From the NCBI GenBank assembly GCA_965198005.1, contig CBDAOI010000003.1:576001-640000 (forward strand): a stretch of DNA of 64,000 bases. Reading direction: 5' to 3'. The stretch is from Spirochaetia bacterium (GTDB taxonomy: Bacteria; Spirochaetota; Spirochaetia; SZUA-6; Bin103). Positions 30,401-40,249 of this stretch are shown piece after piece. Each line of letters begins with the position of its first letter. Positions within the stretch are counted from its first letter, which is position 1. Below the pieces are notes generated by a model, which saw only the letters and a program-made list of their open reading frames with translations, ran no database searches and was not told where the DNA came from. A program made the position numbers and the translations under genes.

Positions 30401-31123
30401 CCGGACACCGCCCGCGCGCCGCCGTGAGACGTCACTGGCGCTCGCCAAACCGTCGTCACGAATCCATCCGGCCGCTGCGGGTGACCGGCGGTGGTGGCCG
30501 AACCTGCGCGGCCGGAAGCCCTCCCGGTTGGTGATGCTGGCGCTGCTGCCGGTGGCCCGGATCACGAACAGCCCCCGTCGTTCCGCGTACGCGTCGGCCG
30601 CTTCGTCCGCCTTCAGGTAGGCGACCGCACCGTACGCGGCGTGGGCCGCATACTCCGGCAGCAGCACGGCGACGTTGCGCAGGGTCTCCAGGAAGTGTTC
30701 GACGTCGCGCACCTTCAGGGTGGTCTTGACTTCCACCGCCACCACCTCGGTGCTGTTGACCGCGAGGATGTCGATCTCCCAGCGCCTCCCGCCATGGTTG
30801 CGCTCCAGGTTGGTGGCGACGTGGTGCACGTCGATGCCGCGGCGGTTCAGGAGCGGAATCAGATCGCCCTTGACCAGCGCCTCCATCAGCTTCCCCCACT
30901 GACCGTTGAACAGTTTGTCGAGTTCGCGGAGGCGGCGGTCGGTCTCCTGCGAGCGGCGCTCGGCTGCAATCGCCTGTCGCGTGAGCAGCCGGTCGGTCTC
31001 CTGCATGCGTCGATCGGTCTCCTGCATCTGCCGGTCGGTGTTCCGCTGGCTTGCGGAAAGCTCGCGGAGGACCGCCCAGATCTCCTGCGGGGTGGCGTCT
31101 TTGCGGTGCCCGTCGTCAGCCAT
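30335..31123 (-). CDS. Coiled-coil heptad-repeat PD-(D/E)XK nuclease-like protein (DUF3782/DUF8196-like)
   Basis: QETDRR heptads, WGKLMEALV, EIDILAVN...VEVKTTL, YAERRGLFVIRATGSSA. The C-terminal tail probably reads through into the neighbouring fragment. Confidence 0.75.
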   Translation of the reverse strand: MADDGHRKDATPQEIWAVLRELSASQRNTDRQMQETDRRMQETDRLLTRQAIAAERRSQETDRRLRELDKLFNGQWGKLMEALVKGDLIPLLNRRGIDVHHVATNLERNHGGRRWEIDILAVNSTEVVAVEVKTTLKVRDVEHFLETLRNVAVLLPEYAAHAAYGAVAYLKADEAADAYAERRGLFVIRATGSSASITNREGFRPRRFGHHRRSPAAAGWIRDDGLASASDVSRRRAGGVRWATTHRGESWGASWGASRIER

Positions 31124-31306
31124 GCCGTGCCTGCCACCTCTGATTGTAGTCGTGCCGGCAGGCGCCGGTACACCGCGGCCGCCCCCGTCACCCCCGCCAG
31201 CGCAGCGGATGTTCGCCGACACGGCGGAACGAACCCGCGGGTTGTTGCTCAGGTCGAATTGCCATGGTCGCTGCCCTCCGCTCCGGGTCAACGGGCGGAG
31301 AGTCGG

Positions 31307-31650
31307 CGCTGCTTCAAGGACGACTGCCCCAATACAGGCGCCTCACAGCCGCTGGCGGCGCGGGGCTCAAAGGGGAGCGAACGGCTGCCGGCCGAGCAGC
31401 TCGTCGATGGCCGGCTGGCCGGTGGGGTACAGCCCCTCGGGCACGGTGGCTCCGGCCTGCAGCAACCGGCGCACCACCGCGGGGTAGTCGCCGCCGGGGT
31501 TCCACTGCCGGCGCACGGCGGTCTCGAGCGGAGTCCCAAACATCAGCGGCACGTCCAGTTCCGGGCGCGCGCCGTGTTCCAGCAGCACCGCCGCCATGGC
31601 GGGATTGCCCCGGCACGCCGTCCAGTGCAGGGGGGGTGGCTCCCATCCAG
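31307..31650 (-). pseudogene. 3' fragment of an ankyrin gene paralog plus its downstream flank
   Basis: Closely similar to 38004-38347. Confidence 0.8.
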
Positions 31651-31734
31651 CGTGCCCACTTGGTGATCGACGCCGGTGCCGGGCTGCCCTTGCACGACCT
31701 GATCACAGACCATATGCTGGGTGCGGGCGGTTGC

Positions 31735-32000
31735 ACGGTGACGATACCCCCGTGCCCGGTGCTGACCAAAGGCGAGACTGACATCGCGCGAGCCTGGGTC
31801 TATGTGCGCGACGACAGGCCGTTCGGCGGTCCGGATCCGTCGGCCTAGTTCCGCTGTTCTTGGAAACGCTCGGGCGAACACCCGGTCGAGCATCTGCGCG
31901 GCTTCGCCGGCATCCTGCAGGCTGACGCCTACGCTGGATACAAGCGGCTCTATGTACCGAGTTGGTCTCCGGCGCCGGTCACCGTAGGGCTGCTTGCCCA
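31735..32000 (+). mobile_element. IS66 transposase (TnpC) internal fragment
   Basis: DDTPVPVL..G.T..AR.WVYVRDDRPFGG and EHP..HL.GFAGILQADAYAGY..LY, with frameshifts or stops. Confidence 0.8.
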
Positions 32001-32073
32001 AGGACGGCTTGGACGGTGGATTGCATATGAGGCAATCGGCTGGTGTAACTGCCGTCGTGGAAAAGGACACCAG

Positions 32074-34434
32074 ATGACCAACAGCGACATCCCGGTAAAG
32101 ACCATCGACGGTCGTGCCCGCACTGTCCGCGAGTTGCTAGACAAAGCGAAGTACGCAATTGACTTCTATCAGCGCGAGTACGCTTGGCACGAGCGACAAG
32201 TCCGCGAACTAATCGACGATCTGACGGGAAAGTTTCTTGATTCCTACCAGCCGGGACATTCCCGGCACGAGGTGGAAGGCTACGGCCACTACTTTCTCGG
32301 CTCAATCGTAATCAGTCACAAGCGCGGCCAGCGCTTCATCGTAGATGGGCAGCAGCGGCTCACGACCTTGACGCTGCTCTTGGTACACCTTCACCAGCTG
32401 CAAGAAGATCGGGACGAGAGAGTCGAGGTTCAGAGCCTAATCTACTCCGAGAAGTTTGGACGCAAGAGCTTCAACCTCGACGTTATAGATCGCGCTGAGA
32501 TTATGCAAAAGTTGATGGATGGCAAGGCGGTGAACCCTAACGGCAAGAGTGAGTCAGTCCAGAACATCAGCGCACGATACGCGAACATTGCAGACCATCT
32601 GCCCGAGGAGGTTACCGGTCGAGCGCTCCCCTTTTTCGTGGACTGGCTGCTTGAGAATGTTCATCTGGTCGAGATAAAAGCCTATTCCGACGAAGACGCT
32701 TACACGATCTTCGAGACCATGAATGACCGAGGACTAACTCTCAGCCTACCGGAGATGCTAAAGGGCTACGTCCTGGCCAACGTGCGCCACGAGGACGATC
32801 AGCGGACAATCAACACGTCTTGGAAGCGGCATATGCAAGCGTTGAAGGAGCTTGGCGAAGAAGAAGACGTGGACTTCTTCAAGAACTGGCTCCGAGCTCG
32901 TCACGCCGAGACGATCCGTCCAGGGCTGAAGGGCGCCGAGAACAAGGACTTTGAGCGCATCGGAACGGAATTCCATCGGTGGGTGAGGGATCAGAAGGAG
33001 CATCTTGGGCTCGTAGACTCCGATTCCTTCGTGCGCTTCGTCTCACGCGATTTGGACTTCTACGCGTGCTGGGCTCGGGAAATCGGGAGGGCGGCGCGAA
33101 CGCTCATCAAGGGTTGGGAGTCAGTTCGCTATAACGAAGACCGCGGCTTCACCTTGCAGACGCAGGCGCTCTTCGCGTCTCTCCGGCCTGATGACAGTTC
33201 GGAGGATATTAAAAGGAAGGTTGCACTTGTAGCTGATTTCCTGGATATCTGGCTCGCTCGTCGGGTTTGGAACTTTCGGACGATCAGTTATTCTTCGGTC
33301 AAGTACACACTATTTATCCTGAGTAAAGAATTGCGAGCCCGGAGCGTAGCAAGTCTCGCTGAGTATCTGTTATCGCAACTGGACGAGCAACCGGAACGGT
33401 TCGCACGGGAGCCGCGGTTCAGGCTCCATAACCAGAACTACCGGCAGGTTCGTCACATTCTGGCCCGTCTTACTCACTGGCTCGACACGGAGTGCGGACT
33501 CTCATCCGACTTCGAAGACCTCGTTTCTCAGGGCCGCGCGCGACCTTTCGAAGTTGAACACATTTGGGCTGACCACTACGACCGCTTCAAGGAGTGGTAT
33601 GCCCATCCCAGCGACTTTGAAACGGAGCGCAGTCGTTTGGGTGGCTTGGTCTTGCTCCAGCGCGGCGTGAACCAGAGCCTGGGAGACGCAACGTATGAGA
33701 AGAAACGAGACGCGTACGTGTCGAACAGTGAGAACTTACTTGCTCGAAGCCTCCATCCTCTCGCATACCAAAACAACCCGAGTTTTAGGGCACTAGTGGA
33801 GCGGACAGGTTTGCCCTTCAGGCACTACGACGAGTTCGGGCCGGAAGCGCAGTCTGAGAGACAGGAGTTGTACATAAGGCTTGCGGAATGGGTGTGGAAC
33901 CCGACCCGCCTTGAGCTTGATGGCGAGAAACCTCCGATCCCCGAGCCCATTGCCGACCCGGAAGAAGAGGCTGACGGGATCGTAGATCGACCGGACCGAT
34001 ACGAAGCGAGGATAGCCTTTTGGAGACGGCTGCTGGCCTACGCTAATGAGCAGTCCGACCTTCATTCGCGGATTTCCGCTAGCCGGTATCATTGGCTTGG
34101 GACACGTCGACACGGTCAATGGTGGAACTACGTCGTCCTCCAAGATGAAACTCGGGTTGAGCTGTATATCGACGCTCCCGTCGCAGCAGACAACAAGGCG
34201 CTGTACGACAAGCTCCACAAGCAACGTGCTTCGGTCGAGAAAGACTTTGGCGGGTCTCTATCCTGGCAGCGTCTTGACGACAAACGTGCAAGCCGCATTA
34301 GTTTCACAACATCTGGCGGATGGGTGGATGACCGCACGTGGTCCTCCGCCGTAGAACACAGCGTCAAGGCGATGCAGAGGCTCTATGGCGCGCTCTCTCA
34401 ACAGGTAGTCGCTGAGACAGAACTGCGCCAGTAA
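32074..34434 (+). CDS. GmrSD-family type IV restriction protein (DUF262-DUF1524) with C-terminal DUF4268
   Basis: YQREYAW, DGQQRLTT, FETMNDRG, VEHIW...RLGGLVLL...N. C-terminal FW...VELYID...N...E..FG..L.W.RL..K.ASRI. Confidence 0.85.
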   Translation: MTNSDIPVKTIDGRARTVRELLDKAKYAIDFYQREYAWHERQVRELIDDLTGKFLDSYQPGHSRHEVEGYGHYFLGSIVISHKRGQRFIVDGQQRLTTLTLLLVHLHQLQEDRDERVEVQSLIYSEKFGRKSFNLDVIDRAEIMQKLMDGKAVNPNGKSESVQNISARYANIADHLPEEVTGRALPFFVDWLLENVHLVEIKAYSDEDAYTIFETMNDRGLTLSLPEMLKGYVLANVRHEDDQRTINTSWKRHMQALKELGEEEDVDFFKNWLRARHAETIRPGLKGAENKDFERIGTEFHRWVRDQKEHLGLVDSDSFVRFVSRDLDFYACWAREIGRAARTLIKGWESVRYNEDRGFTLQTQALFASLRPDDSSEDIKRKVALVADFLDIWLARRVWNFRTISYSSVKYTLFILSKELRARSVASLAEYLLSQLDEQPERFAREPRFRLHNQNYRQVRHILARLTHWLDTECGLSSDFEDLVSQGRARPFEVEHIWADHYDRFKEWYAHPSDFETERSRLGGLVLLQRGVNQSLGDATYEKKRDAYVSNSENLLARSLHPLAYQNNPSFRALVERTGLPFRHYDEFGPEAQSERQELYIRLAEWVWNPTRLELDGEKPPIPEPIADPEEEADGIVDRPDRYEARIAFWRRLLAYANEQSDLHSRISASRYHWLGTRRHGQWWNYVVLQDETRVELYIDAPVAADNKALYDKLHKQRASVEKDFGGSLSWQRLDDKRASRISFTTSGGWVDDRTWSSAVEHSVKAMQRLYGALSQQVVAETELRQ

Positions 34435-34620
34435 CGGTAGCGCGCCGAGGTGTCCTGGGATCGGAAGCCGAGATCTGGAAGCTGTACGTACTTCTGGCGC
34501 GCATCGAACGGTCGTTTCGCCGCACCACGTCGGGGCCGGCGCGGGGGCGACGCCCCGCAGCTTCCCGCACGTGCTGATCGTGATGCTCGACCAGCTGCGG
34601 GCGGACTCGCTCGGCTGCGC

Positions 34621-35614
34621 CGGCCAGCCTCGCAACGCCCGTGTTGTGGGGTTACGAAATCACCAGCGGATTGCGCCGGGCGCAGTGGCACAAGCTCATC
34701 ACCCACTCTCAGCCGCTCACCCCTGCTCCGGGTCGATGCCCGATCGGCGCAGCAAGGCCGCCAAGCGTTCGGCACGCTGCCGTTCCTCCACCATCAGGTG
34801 CTCCGCGCGCTCGGCACGCTCCTTGCCCATCGGTATCAACACGTCATGCTCGTCCATCCAGCGCAACCACCCGCTCCACCACACGCCCTCGAACTCCCCC
34901 TCCCACAGCCTCAGTCCCAGCCGTAGCTCCGGGAACCGCGGCGACTCCTGCCTTGCGTAGCCCCGGTCGCTCAGCCGATACACGCGCAGATCCTCCCGCA
35001 TCACCCGATGAAACGGATCGTAGATCACGTAGTAGCCAACACCCATGCGCGCGTACCTGAGCCGCTTGCGCCCCAGCTCCTCGCCTTCCCGGTTCGACAC
35101 GATCTCCACCACCAGGTCCGGCGGCTTGCCGAACTCCCACACGAAATAGGAGCGGTGCCGCTTGTCCCACCAGTCGGCGGCCACCTGCACGTCCAGGCTC
35201 AGAAACACGTCCGGCACGATCGCCGGGTTGCGCGCCTCCGCGAACACGCCGACGTTGGCAGCCGCCAGAAACCTGCGCCCGGCGCCCGGTCCGGCCCACG
35301 AGCTGTACAGCGGTTCGGTGAGCAGGCGTTGCTGCTTCTCGGAAGGCATGTTGTCCACCGGCGTATCATCCTCGGTCACCAGAGCTTCGACGTCGACGCT
35401 CAGCTGCGGCGCCGCCGGCGCCGCAGCAACCCCTGTTGCCTGGACCGCGGCGGCACGCGGCACGCTCGAGGCCGGCCTCGTGAGCACTCTGCCCGGCGGG
35501 GCAGGCTCCGCTCCGGGGGCACTGGATTGCGGGTCAAGCGCGGAATGCCCGCGGTCGGGGGTGGTCGGCTCCATGCGCTCGCCAGTATACGCCGAGCAAG
35601 CAGGACCTGCCACT
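34621..35614. repeat. Direct repeat, copy A (~1 kb; copy B at 36807-37794)
   Basis: Near-identical sequence covering the Uma2 gene and its flanks. Differs by a 21-bp indel, a ~27-bp indel and scattered SNPs. Confidence 0.9.
34717..35574 (-). CDS. Uma2 (DUF820) family endonuclease, copy A
   Basis: EDDTPVDN..SEKQQRLL, VPDVFLS, FGKPPDLVVEIVS, YVIYDP. Confidence 0.85.
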   Translation of the reverse strand: MEPTTPDRGHSALDPQSSAPGAEPAPPGRVLTRPASSVPRAAAVQATGVAAAPAAPQLSVDVEALVTEDDTPVDNMPSEKQQRLLTEPLYSSWAGPGAGRRFLAAANVGVFAEARNPAIVPDVFLSLDVQVAADWWDKRHRSYFVWEFGKPPDLVVEIVSNREGEELGRKRLRYARMGVGYYVIYDPFHRVMREDLRVYRLSDRGYARQESPRFPELRLGLRLWEGEFEGVWWSGWLRWMDEHDVLIPMGKERAERAEHLMVEERQRAERLAALLRRSGIDPEQG

Positions 35615-35741
35615 GCGCGACTGCCTGTTCGTCAACTTGCTCAGTCCGCACGACCCCTGGGACGCGCCCGGCCGCTACGCAACCATCTACGCCCCGGCGA
35701 CTTCGTCGTCGCCGATCCCGTTTCCGCAGCGGCCTCGAACG

Positions 35742-35836
35742 CGCCATCACGATCACCCGTCTCGGACAAGCCGCGACCGACAACGGCTTCGCCCTTGATC
35801 TGGAGCGTACGGCCGATTGGCTCTCCTTCGGCAGCC
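35742..35836 (+). pseudogene. 5' fragment of an HNH gene paralogous to 15214-15984
   Basis: ITRLGQAATDNGFALDLERTADWLSFGS vs ITRLEKAATDNGFDLELERTAHWLSFGS. Confidence 0.75.
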
Positions 35837-35968
35837 GGTCGCCCTGACTATTGGCGTTTGTTTGGGGGGCGATGGTCTCGGTGCCGGCGCCGGCACCGGC
35901 GGGGCGGCTCAATTGAGCCCCCGTTGGTGCGCTTGATAGGGGCGCCGGGGGCGGCGTATCGTGGACCC

Positions 35969-36766
35969 ATGAGCAAGCTGTTCGATCTGGCCGGTAAGGT
36001 GGCGATCGTCACCGGCGGCAATGGCGGCATCGGGCGCGCGATTGCGGTCGGTCTGGCGCAGCATGGCGCGGACCTCGTGGTGGCGGCGCGCAACGAGCGG
36101 AAGACGGCCGCCGTAGTGGATGAAATCCGGGAGCTGGGGCGGCGCGCCGTCGGCGTGCGCTGCGACGTGCTGGAGCGCGCCGACATCGACCGCACCGTGG
36201 ACACCGCGGTGCGCGAACTGGGCGGGGTCAACATCCTGGTCAACAACTCGGGGGTCGGTCACGGCGGTCAGCCGACCCAGGCCGTGGCGCTGGAGACCTG
36301 GGACCGGGTGGTCGCCACCAACCTGACCTCGGTGTTCCAGTTCTGTCAGGCCGTCCACCCGGCGCTGGTGCAGGCCGGCGGCGGCAAGATCATCAACGTC
36401 GGGTCCGGCTACTCGCTGGTGAGCGCCGCCGGCAACGCGCCCTACGCCGCCAGCAAGGCGGGCGTGTGGAACCTGACGCGGACGATGGCGCTGGACTGGG
36501 CCGGCGACAACATCCAGGTGAACCTGATTGCACCCGGCTGGATCCGCACCGAGATGACCGACCCGGTCTGGGAGGACCGGGAGCGGACGGCGTACATCAT
36601 CGACGAGACTCCGGCCGGCCGGCTCGGCGAACCGGAGGACATGGCCGGCGCCGCCATATTTCTGGCCTCCCCGGCGTCCGACTTCGTCACCGGCACCTTC
36701 ATCAACGCCGACGGCGGCATGAAGGCCGGCGACAAGGCCTGGCCGCGCCCGCAGCCCGGCGGCTGA
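35969..36766 (+). CDS. SDR oxidoreductase (KduD/gluconate 5-dehydrogenase-like)
   Basis: TGGNGGIG, NNSG, YAASK, NLIAPGWIRT. Confidence 0.9.
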   Translation: MSKLFDLAGKVAIVTGGNGGIGRAIAVGLAQHGADLVVAARNERKTAAVVDEIRELGRRAVGVRCDVLERADIDRTVDTAVRELGGVNILVNNSGVGHGGQPTQAVALETWDRVVATNLTSVFQFCQAVHPALVQAGGGKIINVGSGYSLVSAAGNAPYAASKAGVWNLTRTMALDWAGDNIQVNLIAPGWIRTEMTDPVWEDRERTAYIIDETPAGRLGEPEDMAGAAIFLASPASDFVTGTFINADGGMKAGDKAWPRPQPGG

Positions 36767-36806
36767 CGGTGAACGGTCCGCGCCGCAGCGTGGACCGGGG
36801 CGCAAC

Positions 36807-37794
36807 GGGCCAGCCTCGCAACGCCCGTGTTGTGGGGTTACGAAATCACCAGCGGATTGCGCCGGGCGCAGTCGCTCACCCCTGCTCCGGGTCGATGCCC
36901 GATCGGCGCAGCAAGGCCGCCAAGCGTTCGGCACGCTGCCGTTCCTGCTCGGCGCGCCGGCGTTCCTCCACCATCAGGTGCTCCGCGCGCTCGGCACGCT
37001 CCTTGCCCATCGGTATCAACACGTCATGCTCGTCCATCCAGCGCAACCACCCGCTCCACCACACGCCCTCGAACTCCCCCTCCCACAGCCTCAGTCCCAG
37101 CCGTAGCTCCGGGAACCGCGGCGACTCCTGCCTTGCGTAGGCCCGGTCGCTCAGCCGATACACGCGCAGATCCTCCCGCATCACCCGATGAAACGGATCG
37201 TAGATCACGTAGTAGCCAACACCCATGCGCGCGTACCTGAGCCGCTTGCTCCCCACCTCGTTGCCTTCCCGGTTCGACACGATCTCCACCACCAGGTCCG
37301 GCGGCTTGCCGAACTCCCACACGAAGTAGGAGCGGTGCCGCTTGTCCCACCAGTCGGCGGCCACCTGCACGTCCAGGCTCAGAAACACGTCCGGCACGAT
37401 CGCCGGGTTGCGCGCCTCCGCGAACACGCCGACGTTGGCAGCCGCCAGAAACCTGCGCCCGGCACCCGGTCCGGCCCACGAGCTGTACAGCGGCTCGGTG
37501 AGCAGGCGTTGCTGCTTCTCGGAAGGCATGTTGTCCACCGGCGTATCATCCTCGGTCACCAGAGCTTCGACGTCGACGCTCACCTGCGGCGCCGCCGGCG
37601 CCGCAGCAACCCCTGCTGCCTGGACCGCGGCGGCACGCGGCACGCTCGAGGCCGGCCTCGTGAGCACCCTGCCCGGCAGGGCAGGCTCCGCTCCGGGGGC
37701 GCTGGATTGCGGGTCAAGCGCGGAATGCCCGCGGTCGGGGGTGGTCGGCTCCATGCGCTCGCCAGTATACGCCGAGCAAGCAGGACCTGCCACT
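36807..37794. repeat. Direct repeat, copy B
   Basis: Matches 34621-35614. Confidence 0.9.
36876..37754 (-). CDS. Uma2 (DUF820) family endonuclease, copy B
   Basis: As copy A, with one extra heptad (ERRRAEQ). Confidence 0.85.
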   Translation of the reverse strand: MEPTTPDRGHSALDPQSSAPGAEPALPGRVLTRPASSVPRAAAVQAAGVAAAPAAPQVSVDVEALVTEDDTPVDNMPSEKQQRLLTEPLYSSWAGPGAGRRFLAAANVGVFAEARNPAIVPDVFLSLDVQVAADWWDKRHRSYFVWEFGKPPDLVVEIVSNREGNEVGSKRLRYARMGVGYYVIYDPFHRVMREDLRVYRLSDRAYARQESPRFPELRLGLRLWEGEFEGVWWSGWLRWMDEHDVLIPMGKERAERAEHLMVEERRRAEQERQRAERLAALLRRSGIDPEQG

Positions 37795-37829
37795 TCGCAG
37801 CACGTGGCCGAAGTGGGCCGCATGTTTGT

Positions 37830-38000
37830 GCAGCATGTGCAGCGGTGCGTTGCACGATTTCGCGCTCGGGCCAGGCCGCGGCGAAGGCGCGCATGTACTT
37901 GAGGTTGCGGGAGCGAGAATCCCCGCATGTCCGGGAATGCCTCCCGGAGGTCGTGCGAAATGCGGTCGAATGGTCCCGGCGCGCCCCAGCCCTCCCGCTG
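37830..38000 (-). pseudogene. DUF1016/YhcG N-terminal fragment
   Basis: GWGAG...ISHDLREAFPDMRGFS.RNLKYMRAFAAAWPEREIVQ, read across frameshifts. Confidence 0.7.
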
Positions 38001-38063
38001 CTAGCGCTGCTTCAAGGACGACTACCCAATACAGGCGGCTCACAGCCGCTGGCGGCGCTGGGC

Positions 38064-39653
38064 TCAGGGGGGAGCGAACGGCTGCCGGCCCAGCAGCTCG
38101 TCGACGGCCGGCTGGCCGGTGGGGTACAGCCGCTCGGGTACGGTGGCTCCCGCCTGCAGCAACCGGCGCACCACTGCGGCGTAGTCGCCGCCGGGGTTCC
38201 ACTGCCGGCGCACCGCGGTCTCGAGCGGAGTCCCCAACATCGGCGGCACGTCAAGCTCCAGGCGCGCGCCGTGGTCCAGCAGCGCCGCCGCCATGGCGGG
38301 ATTGCCGCGGCATGCCGCCCAGTGCAACGGCGTGGCCCCCATCCAGCCGGCGGCGTTGACGTCGAAGCCCGCCTCGGCCATGACGCGCACGCCGTCAGCG
38401 TTGTTCATCTGCGCCACGGGGCTCATCAGCGCGCGGTCGAGGCGATGCAGCCGCGCCACGGCGCGCGGCCGCTGCGCCAGCATGGCGCCCGCGCGCTCCC
38501 CGTCGCCGCGCGCGCAGGCCACGACCAGTTCGTCAGCCACGCGCCGCGCCGAGGGGCGGGCTCCGCGCCGCTCCAGCAGCTCCGCCACCTCGCTCTGCCC
38601 GAGCCGCACGGCGAGGTCGTGCGCGGTGCGGGCGCGCACTGCCGGATAGGCGGTCGTCCCCCGCCGCGTGCAGGCGTGTACGTCGGCGCCGTGATCCAGC
38701 AGCAGTTCGATCACCTCGGGACCGAAGCCGCGCTTGACCGCCCAGTGCAGGGCCGTCTCTCCCGATGCGGGGTGGCGATGGTCGGGGTCGGCGCCGCGCG
38801 CCAGGAACCAGCGCACGCTGTCGTCGTAGCGGTAGTCGATCACGTGCTTGAGGTTGTAGGAGAGGTCGTCCCGCTTGAGCCCGCGGGCGTGCAGCAGCTC
38901 CAGGCAGGCGGTATCGAAGTGCTCGCAGGCATGGTACAGCGATTCGCCGTCGTCCGGATCGGCGCCGGCGTCCAGCAGCAGCTCCGTCAGGGCCGCGTGG
39001 TTGGCCACGCCGCAGGCGCCGTACAGCGCGCTCTCGTTCACCTCGTCCTCGGGATTGCGCCAGCAGCAGTTGGGGTCGGCGCCGTGGTCCAGCAGCAGCC
39101 GGGCGGTGCGCAGCAGCCCGTCCGCACGGCCCGGGTCCCGCGCCAGAAACGCCGACCAGCAGACGTACAGCAGCGGCGACCACTGCCGCGCCCCGCCGCG
39201 GGTACGCGCCAGCTCCGGCCGCCGCGCGAGCCGGGCCGCTACCTCGTCCGCCGCGCCCAGCACGCAGGCCGCGTACAGGTCGGCCCGTGCCAGGTCGGGC
39301 TGGAGCGCCAGCAGGGCCTGCGCGCGCTGCCAGTCGCCCCACGCCCAACTGCACTCCAGAAAGGCGTCCACCCGCCGTTCCGGAGGCACGGCCGCCGCCT
39401 CCACCGCCACCCGCAACCGCGGCCAGTTGTCGAACCCGTGCTCGCGCGCGACCACGAACCGGGCATCTCCCAGCGTGGCGCCCGCGCCCGACCCGTCGAA
39501 CCGGTCGAACCGGGGATGCCGCCGGGCGAAGCGCCGGCGCGCTGCCTCGGCGCCGCTCCGGTACCCCGCCAGCAACTCCTGCGCCAGACGGTCCGCGTGC
39601 TCCGCCGACGGTAGGGACGGCAGGGACGGCAGGGCGTCGACGGAAGAGTTCAT
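38064..39653 (-). CDS. Ankyrin-repeat protein
   Basis: Repeated LLLDHGADPN, ETALHWA and TPLHWAACRGN motifs. N-terminal DARFVVAREHGFDNWPRL motif. Confidence 0.9.
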   Translation of the reverse strand: MNSSVDALPSLPSLPSAEHADRLAQELLAGYRSGAEAARRRFARRHPRFDRFDGSGAGATLGDARFVVAREHGFDNWPRLRVAVEAAAVPPERRVDAFLECSWAWGDWQRAQALLALQPDLARADLYAACVLGAADEVAARLARRPELARTRGGARQWSPLLYVCWSAFLARDPGRADGLLRTARLLLDHGADPNCCWRNPEDEVNESALYGACGVANHAALTELLLDAGADPDDGESLYHACEHFDTACLELLHARGLKRDDLSYNLKHVIDYRYDDSVRWFLARGADPDHRHPASGETALHWAVKRGFGPEVIELLLDHGADVHACTRRGTTAYPAVRARTAHDLAVRLGQSEVAELLERRGARPSARRVADELVVACARGDGERAGAMLAQRPRAVARLHRLDRALMSPVAQMNNADGVRVMAEAGFDVNAAGWMGATPLHWAACRGNPAMAAALLDHGARLELDVPPMLGTPLETAVRRQWNPGGDYAAVVRRLLQAGATVPERLYPTGQPAVDELLGRQPFAPP

Positions 39654-39710
39654 CGCTACATTCCTTGGTGGGATAGAAACTCCTCGAGCGCTTCCACCCC
39701 GCTTGGCGGG

Positions 39711-39953
39711 CTATGCCCCAAGCCGCTTGCGGATCTCGGCGAGGGAGATCGTCTTCTGGTTGCGCCGCTGGGCGATCTCCTTCCAGAAGGACCGGCTGGT
39801 CTCGACCGCAACTGTCTCCCAGTCCGCTCCTTCCACGCCGACCACTACAGCGATGGGGTGCCCGTTTCGCGTAATCACAACTTGGTCGTTCTGAGCCGTC
39901 TCCATTACGGACCGAATCCGCTTCTGCAGGTCGCGCACACTGATCGTCTTCAT
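39711..39953 (-). CDS. Phd/YefM antitoxin
   Basis: MKTISVRDLQ...VVITRNGHPIAVV. Confidence 0.85.
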   Translation of the reverse strand: MKTISVRDLQKRIRSVMETAQNDQVVITRNGHPIAVVVGVEGADWETVAVETSRSFWKEIAQRRNQKTISLAEIRKRLGA

Positions 39954-40249
39954 AGAATCTCCTCCGTCCGCTTGTCGGGCGGCTTCTCACGTACGGCGCG
40001 CACGTAGACTTCTTTCCGGTCTTCGTCGACGTCGTACAACACTCGATAGGCTCCAACGCGTAGTTCCCAGATGGGTGGATTCGCCTCCCATGCGGGCGTC
40101 AAGTCGACGAGGATCTTGCGGTTCTGCGTCGACACGGTCGGCTGGTGCGACAACTGGATTTCGATCGAGTCCAGGATCCGCCTCCGGTCGTGGACGCGGA
40201 CTCTCTTCAGGTCGTCCCCCACGTCCGTGGCGAATCGGAGCTCAGACAC
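39950..40249 (-). CDS. RelE/ParE-family toxin (toxin-first gene order)
   Basis: WELRVGAYRVLYDV. Overlaps the antitoxin start. Confidence 0.8.
   Translation of the reverse strand: MSELRFATDVGDDLKRVRVHDRRRILDSIEIQLSHQPTVSTQNRKILVDLTPAWEANPPIWELRVGAYRVLYDVDEDRKEVYVRAVREKPPDKRTEEIL

Noticed and set aside
34717-37754. Diversity-generating retroelement TR/VR pair
   Set aside because: Differences are not adenine-specific, the repeat spans whole genes, and there is no RT.
37188-39614. Long antisense or alternative-frame ORFs (also 47838-50114, 50105-52057, 56943-59282, 8685-11015)
   Set aside because: High-GC shadow ORFs overlapping well-supported genes, with Arg/Ala/Pro-rich composition and no motifs.
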